Shown here piece by piece: positions 56,585 to 64,000 of a DNA stretch of 64,000 nucleotides. A program made the position numbers and the translations under genes. The stretch comes from Octopus vulgaris (Eukaryota), in assembly GCA_951406725.2 (NCBI GenBank), contig OX597814.1, positions 16,492,001-16,556,000 of the forward strand, read 5' to 3'. The number at the start of each line of letters is the position of its first letter. Position 1 is the stretch's first letter. The notes under the pieces were generated by a model, which was not told the origin of the DNA, searched no databases, and saw only the letters and a program-made list of their open reading frames with translations.

Positions 56585-56619
<35 letters not shown>

Positions 56620-57280
56620 AGCAAATAGTTCACTATATACACACATTCACACACACAAACCCATACACTCATATAACATTCGCAAATAAATGAACTCCCA
56701 CGCTCACTCACAAACTTTTACATGCATGAACATACTTACATGTACATATATATATTTACGTATACGTATGGCTCCAGTTAAGGCTGTCATTCGGAAAAGA
56801 GATCTTCGGCTATGTTTACACTACTTCTTCATAGCGCCTTCTCGGACCTCCTACTAGTTGACATAGCGGAACATCTAGGCTGTGCCAAAGGAATGAAACA
56901 GGAAAGTTTTTTTTCCATCAGCGGGTTAGTACTTACTTTATTGACTGGGAAATGATAAAAGAACTTGAACTGATTCGAACTCAAACACCTAATCGAACAT
57001 CCTATCGCATATTTCCTGACGAGCTAATGACTGTACAAATAAACTATTGCTAAGATCAATAAAATGTACGTATTACACGTACACAGTAAAAATGACATCA
57101 TCACTAAGACAGGCACATACATAAACACACACACACATGCACACACACACACACTCACACACGCACACACACACAAACACACACACACGTACAAACAGAT
57201 GTATATGTATGTATATATATATATATAAATATCCTGCCAGCTCGCATATGTATATATATATGTATGTATGTATATATATA

Positions 57281-57445
57281 TTTATTTTTTAGAAGGAGCT
57301 TCTACAGGACTAGAACCGTAGAACTGATTTGAATGAAACAGTTCTAGTCCTGTAGAAGCTCCTTCTATAAAATAAATTAATTTACTCTGCCATGTATTGA
57401 GTACCTTATTTACTGTGGTTAACCCCGACTCAACCCAGGACCTAC
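57281..57445 (-). repeat. (TA)n-embedded foldback element
   Basis: 36-bp inverted repeat at 57281-57316 and 57341-57376 (1 mismatch), plus the terminus shared with 54650. Confidence 0.85.
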
Positions 57446-57485
57446 TTATATATATATATATATATATATATAGCTCGCCGCCTTG

Positions 57486-57526
<41 letters not shown>

Positions 57527-57528
<2 letters not shown>

Positions 57529-57536
57529 CTTGTATG

Positions 57537-57569
<33 letters not shown>

Positions 57570-57577
57570 CTTGTATG

Positions 57578-57610
<33 letters not shown>

Positions 57611-57618
57611 CTTGTATG

Positions 57619-57651
<33 letters not shown>

Positions 57652-57663
57652 CTTGTATGGATG

Positions 57664-57685
<22 letters not shown>
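57527..57685. repeat. 41-bp minisatellite, about 4 units: AGCTTGTATGGATG(TA)n
   Basis: Unit starts at 57527, 57568, 57609 and 57650. Confidence 0.9.
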
Positions 57686-57697
<12 letters not shown>

Positions 57698-57704
57698 TAC
57701 ATAC

Positions 57705-57915
57705 AAGGCGGCGAGCTAGCAGGATCGTTAGCACGTCGAGCGAAATGCTTAGCTTTCTTTCGCCTGTCTTTATGTTCTGAGTTCAAACTCTATCGAAGTC
57801 GACTTTGTGTTTTATCCTTTCAGTTTCTATAAATTAAGTGCCAGCCACGTACTGTGGTTGATCTCATCGACTGGCTCCTTCCCCTAAATTTCGGCCCTTG
57901 TGCCTAGAGTAGAAT
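57705..57915 (+). mobile_element. SINE family S3
   Basis: AAGGCGGCGAGCTAGCAGGATCGTTAGCACG...GTCGACTTTG. Confidence 0.85.
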
Positions 57916-58383
57916 AATATATATACATATATATGTATGTATGCATGTGTGTATGTAAGTATATCTATATATGTATAAATGTCTGTATGTAGGTACATAT
58001 ATGTACATAACTGTTTATACATATATAAATGCATATAATAATATACATACATAAACATATATACATATGCTACATACATATATTTATTTATTTATGTTTC
58101 TATGTTGAAGTAAGTACGTCCTATACAGACGAAACATATGTGTGGAAGATACTGCATGCTACTCTCTGTATTTGATTGTGCGGTCGCAAGTGTGTATACG
58201 ATTCTAGTTGGGTCAGGGAAAGAGTATATTCAATTTTTTTTTTTTTTTGTGCAAAATGAAATTTTGAGAAACACGAATATATATTATAAGTTATCTTGAA
58301 TCGAAGATTTTTCCGAAATAAAAAAAGACCAACATTTATATATATTCATATATACATACATACAAACCTACATACATACATGC

Positions 58384-58416
<33 letters not shown>

Positions 58417-58861
58417 TATAAATATATACATACACACACATATATATATACATGTATATATATATATATACATATATATATATCTATATTAAATATTTTT
58501 TTTTTAACTTTTAAATTTTCCATACACCCATTTTCATTAAAATTTTCCTTCAATTTAGCATTCTACCTTTTTATAATTTTTCCTTGCCTATATATTCATA
58601 TATGTACATCTAAGAAATAATTAAGATTCAGTTGGATTAGGTACTTAAGCTGAGTCACCAATTCAGTCCGGTGTTACACGCACAGCTCGAAGTAAGGTGA
58701 ATAAAAATCAAATAAGTAACGGATAATATTTTGACATTCTTGTTACTTCTTTGGCTTTTTTATACACACACATATATTTTAAATATAAATGTATATATAT
58801 AGATATATACATTCATATATATGTATATGTATATGCATATGTATATGTGTATATATATATA

Positions 58862-58918
<57 letters not shown>

Positions 58919-58983
58919 GTATATATATATATGCATATATGTATATACATATATATATATACATACATACATACATGCACACA

Positions 58984-59017
<34 letters not shown>

Positions 59018-59132
59018 CATACATACATACATACATACATACATACATACATACATACATACATACATACAAGCAACAACAAGTGTCTGAGCGATATGTA
59101 AACGGTAGCAGCACGAAATCGTAAAGAAGATG

Positions 59133-59487
59133 TGCCACCTAAATTTCGCTGACCCCTACGGGACGATGCTTCTGTTGTTTATAGCCCCATGAAGACACCT
59201 CTTCAAGCTGGATAACGACGGTTTGTCACCGGTAAAAGCATATAGTATTTTGTTTTTGAAATCATCCCTCATCTCTAGTCGGTTATCGTCACACGCCGGT
59301 GACGGTTTACTACCAAGGAACTCGCGTATGAGTGTATTACGAAAAGCTAGAGATGGTAATGATGAATTCCCTTCGCATATACCTAATCAGACACAGACAA
59401 TGTGCCGTTAGCCAGCTGGAGGAGATATCTTCCTGGGGCTAAAAACAGTAGCATCGTCCCCAATGGGTCAGCCACGTTTAGTTGGCA
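59133..59487. mobile_element. MITE-like element with imperfect TIRs of about 85 bp
   Basis: GCCACCTAAA...GCTGACCC...GGGACGATGCT...TAGCCCCA...AGCTGGATAACG is mirrored at about 59405-59487. Confidence 0.75.
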
Positions 59488-59525
59488 AATATGCTTCACA
59501 TATATATTTACACATATGTATACAT

Positions 59526-59588
<63 letters not shown>

Positions 59589-59665
59589 CATATATTTATA
59601 GTTAGGTAGATAGATAAATAGATAGATAGATAGGTACATAGATAGATAGACATATATCTGTATAT

Positions 59666-59698
<33 letters not shown>

Positions 59699-60121
59699 CG
59701 TTTATACATACATATATACATACATACATACATACGTACATTCATGTCACGTATGTGGCCTTCTTTTGTCAGTCAACTTAGCAGATATCCTTACAGTTTC
59801 GAGCAGTTACACTTGAGACCGTTCGAGTTGCTTGCCCTCAACGCAATAAATGTCTAAGCATTAGATTTTTTGCAAGAACAGTAGCGAATGTGTGCGACAA
59901 CAACAAAGAACAGGGAACATGATACATATTTATAAATACAAACAACACCTTATAGTAAGTATGTATATACATATCACCTCCACGCACACATATAGATATA
60001 TATATTTATATACATATATATATACATAAACAAATATCTCTCCTTCTCTCTCTTTCTCTCTCTCTCTATATATATATATATATACATACACACACACATA
60101 TATATATATACATATACATAC

Positions 60122-60159
<38 letters not shown>

Positions 60160-60194
60160 ATACACGTTACAACTTTCATAATTTTGTTGCGTTT

Positions 60195-60560
60195 CTTTTA
60201 GTCATATATGGGGTACCATATCCCACTCTAGCAAAGAGTTATTATTGTTGGAGATATATCCGGGACTAGGAGGTTGGTCTAGGATGTGTTGAAGAAATTT
60301 ATCCATGTGAACATTTGAATTTTATGAGATCCGTTTCCGTTTCGACGTATTTTGTTTGAGGTAAAGTAGTTGTGACATAATGCTGTTATGTGTCCTGGGT
60401 TTGATTTTTATAGTGGGCGGATAGGACGGGGGCCAAGTCTTGGATAGATTTTAAAATAGATGCCACTCTCATTTGTGTAATATTGAGGGAATATTTTGGT
60501 AATAAACATCAAATACCGTCATCTTATTTTTTTTAAATTCGCTCAATTTCTTTGAAACAA
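60195..60560 (-). pseudogene. 3' end of a CR1/L2-group LINE ORF2 (degenerate)
   Basis: Minus strand TDLIKFK...MDKFLQHILDQPPSPGYISNNNNSLLEW resembles the FK..LDKFL..IPDQP..PGY...NSL C-terminus of CR1-group ORF2. Confidence 0.6.
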
Positions 60561-60629
60561 TTAATTCTTGAAATACCCTGCATGGTGTAGCATTGTTAGT
60601 TGTTGCGTTGCTTGTGTAAATATTAAAAT

Positions 60630-61135
60630 CAAAGTTCTTCTCGCGCCGCCAACCCCACGCAAAGAGCGAGAAGCAGAATCGGCCGCCGCCAGTCGGAGAG
60701 CGCTCGGCACATGCAGCCTGCGGTATCGACGAGCCGACGTCGTCCACAGAGGCCAGGCGGAGGTTGCACGCTGAGCCAAAAGGGACGTAGTGTCGAGGTT
60801 GGGGATCGGCGGCGAGGAAAACGAAAGAAGAAATACCCGCAACCGAGCATGGAAGGCGGATCAGCAACAGCGTCGGCCGTCGAGCTTCCGAAGCGAGCGC
60901 GAGAGTGTGCGGGGAGAGGATCGTGAGGGACAGGCCATGAAGAGCACGTCGTCGTCGTCGTTAGGCAGGAAGTCTGAGGAGGCGAAGCGGCGCGGTCCCC
61001 GCTGCGTGAGCGAAATCGTGTAGGCGCACGACAGCGACGACGGCTGGATGCAGGCGACAAAGAAACCGAACGTTCGGGGGGTGAGAGGACGAAATTCCCC
61101 AGAAAATGTGTTTCCACCTCCTACATCCTCAAGCT
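60630..61135. other. GC/CpG-rich island of unknown origin (possible LINE ORF1 remnant)
   Basis: Abrupt GC and CpG enrichment; charged low-complexity frames with a DDGWMQATKK motif; no recognisable domain. Confidence 0.4.
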
Positions 61136-61164
61136 TTCCTTCACCTTCTATACGAGTATCTGAA

Positions 61165-61969
61165 AGTGCAGATACTGTAGATGACTAAAACTGATTTAAA
61201 ACCGGAAACAGAGGCTTGCCCAAAAGCAAGCACTAAGAACAAACTACATAAAATAGAAAATAAACAACACATCAGAAAGTGATAAGTGCAGATTCTATTG
61301 ACAAAATGGTGAAACCGTATGGCATATTGCCAGGGTATGTACGCCAATAGCTCAGAAGGAATATAAGAGACGCCACGACAATCTAGCAAGGATTGTCCAT
61401 TGGATGCTCTGCATCAAGTATGGAATTGACAGAGCAAAAAATTTGGTACGACCACAAACCCGATAGCATCGTCGCAAATGATAATGTAATGATCCAATGG
61501 GACTTTATGATTCAGTGCGACCATGAGATTGAGAATATGAAACCAGACATAATCTTAATTGAGTAAGAAAAATAAACTATGCTTTTTGTTAATTGAGAAA
61601 GAAAGCAAACGATGCTGGATCATAGATATAGCATGTCCAGCTGACAACGAGGTATGCGATAAGGAAGAAAGAAAAGTCGACAGATATGACAGGTTAGCTT
61701 GGGAGGTTAAGCAGTTGTGGCTGACGAAAAAGGTGGTAGTAGTTGCAATAACTGTTGGAGACCTGAGAATATCGAGTAAAAATCTTGAGAAGTACATGGA
61801 AGAAAAACGAGTTGCAATAACGGTGGAGCACTTGCAAAAAACAGCACTGTTTGGAACCGCTCGAATACTCCGGAAGGTGGTCGAAAAATAAGAGGTGTTA
61901 CCTTAGTTCACTGGTAGGGAACAGCTGATACTGCAATACATCTCCAACTTTAGAAGAGCTGTGCAGAGA

Positions 61970-61970
<1 letters not shown>
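61165..61970 (+). mobile_element. 3' part of an R4/Dong-clade non-LTR retrotransposon (zinc knuckle plus restriction-like endonuclease), pseudogenised
   Basis: DLKPETEA, QALRTNYIK, DKCRF..ETVWHIARVC, EYKRRHD, WDFMIQCD..KPDII, IIDIACP, K..RY..L, LQKTALFGTARILRKV*; short 3' UTR, then (AAT)n. Confidence 0.88.
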
Positions 61971-62046
<76 letters not shown>

Positions 62047-62341
62047 GTAATAATAATAATTATTATTATTATTATTATTATTATTATACAAAATAATTAT
62101 AGCAACAACAACAACAACAGCAACAATAATAATAATAATAATAATAAGAAGAAGAGTTACTGTAAACATTTATATATTAACCAAAATGAAGTAGATTGAC
62201 AAAAATATTTTATTAACATGTTGAAGACACACGAGATGTCGAAATATCGTTCACTAGATAACAATGGAATTCTTATTTTAATTTTGACTTTTTAACAACA
62301 ACAATAATAACAACAACAATAATAACAATAATAATAATAAC

Positions 62342-62427
<86 letters not shown>

Positions 62428-62487
62428 TGATAATAATAATAATAAAAATAATAATAATAATAATAGTAATAATAATAATAATAATAA

Positions 62488-63012
62488 ATGTCCTGGTGCA
62501 GTACCAGGCAGTGGCTCTCGTGGCTTCTGGTCTTAACTGATTGGAAGTGTTATCATGTATATCGTTTTGTCTTGGTATAAAAGACGGCTACAGCAAATAC
62601 CACAGATTTGCTTGTCAGTTATTTGACCTTAACCAGTTGAGCATGTCGCTTAGTGACTGACGATAAGTGTATCTCTGACCATGAGCAGAAGTAGTGGGGG
62701 AGCATCATATCTGTGTGTTGAAAGGGATTCTTAGAGGTTTGGATAATTCACCTTTGGGAACATCCTCAAACAATCCTTACTCAGGGACCTTTTGAACGGG
62801 ATGTGCTACTCGACCAAAAGAAAATTCTAACTGGGCCCCACCTGCAAGGCCATGCGCTGTTTATCTTGATATGAGATCACCATGTCGTGCACATATGGTT
62901 GTGATGCATGTGCCTAGTGTACCCTTATCAGACGGGTAGTCATGATGGGTATACTGGGTTTCGTATATTTTAACCCCGAGTCACTTTGATGGCATGCACT
63001 GCTCTCTCACTC
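62488..63012 (+). mobile_element. Non-coding element of about 525 bp between (AAT)n tracts (SINE or LINE 3' UTR)
   Basis: Second copy at 15811-16078 with the same (AAT)n-abutting end; 12-bp stem-loop at 62913-62958. Confidence 0.75.
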
Positions 63013-63049
63013 AATAATAATAATATCAATAATAATAATAATAATAATG

Positions 63050-63176
<127 letters not shown>

Positions 63177-64000
63177 GACAATCAACGCTACTGAGCAACA
63201 AAAAGAAAACAAAAATACTCCGCAAATATAACATCACAGAAAAAGATTCACCTGAGATAAAAGAAAATCTGAAGCAAGATATCCTTGCCAAAGCACAAAG
63301 GATCCGCCGGTACGAGAAACGCCAGCGCTTCTTTGAACAAAATAAAAAGTTCAACTCCAACCCCAAAAGTTCTACCAAGAACTTGGCAAAAATAAAATAG
63401 AAATCACTGCAGCACCAACGGCAGAAGAAGTGGAAGAATTCTGGAGAGAAATATGGTCGGCGAACGAACAACCAAAAAAAAAGAGTATTAAAACAACAAA
63501 CTCAGCATCTGACCAACTTTGGACCCCCATAACAACTGAAGAGGTTACCCAGGCACTGCAAAGACTAAGCAACTGGAAGGCACCTGGGCATGACAAGATC
63601 CCCAACTTCTGGTTGAAATATCTAACAGGAATGCACAAAAAGCTGGCTGAAAACTTTAACAACATACTAGCAGAGCCAGAGACAATGCCTGAATGGCTCA
63701 CGAAGGTGAAAACCATCTTAATTCCCAAATCAAATGAGACAGCAAAACCAGAAAACTACAGACCAATAACCTGTCTCCCTACAATGTACAAGGCATTTAC
63801 TGCAGTGATATCGCAAAGGTTGAACAAGCACCTGGACGAAAACAACCTGTTTCCAGAAGAGCAGAATGGATGCAGCAAACGCTCATATGGCTGTAAAGAT
63901 CAACTAATGATTAATAAAGCCATAACTGAAGACAGCCACAGAAAGAAGAAAGGCCTCAGTATGGCCTGAATCGACTACAAAAAGGCGTTTGATGGCATCC
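63177..64000 (+). pseudogene. 5'-truncated R4/Dong-clade reverse transcriptase, running off the window
   Basis: NWKAPGHDKIPNFWLK, PEWLTK..TILIPK, NYRPITCLPTMYK, EEQNG, GCKDQL, MA*IDYKKAFD. Frameshift near 63370 and TGA at 63967-63969. Begins directly after (AAT)n. Confidence 0.92.

Noticed and set aside
57527-57685. CRISPR-like repeat-spacer pattern
   Set aside because: The spacers are identical (TA)n tracts; it is a minisatellite.

Overview
AT-rich, repeat-dense eukaryotic non-coding DNA with no supportable host protein-coding exon. The SINE families match what I recall of octopus genomes; this is unverified. Nearly all listed ORFs are microsatellite artefacts. Ordinary content: three tRNA-derived SINE families, several decayed mariner/Tc1 elements and MITEs, a CR1-like LINE 3' end, and two fragments of an R4/Dong-clade non-LTR retrotransposon sitting in (AAT)n tracts. 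The standout is at 34395-37375: a near-identical 535-bp tandem array (about 4.5 units plus one inverted unit) inserted in (TA)n. Every unit carries a complete type-I hammerhead ribozyme motif with canonical core, GUC cleavage site and palindromic helix III, six copies in total. A second, different canonical hammerhead sits in the loop of a 131-bp perfect foldback at 41884-42354. Several smaller (TA)n-embedded foldbacks share a similar terminus. I infer a family of non-coding, self-cleaving, TA-targeting, inversion-prone retroelements (retrozyme or Penelope-like derivatives).
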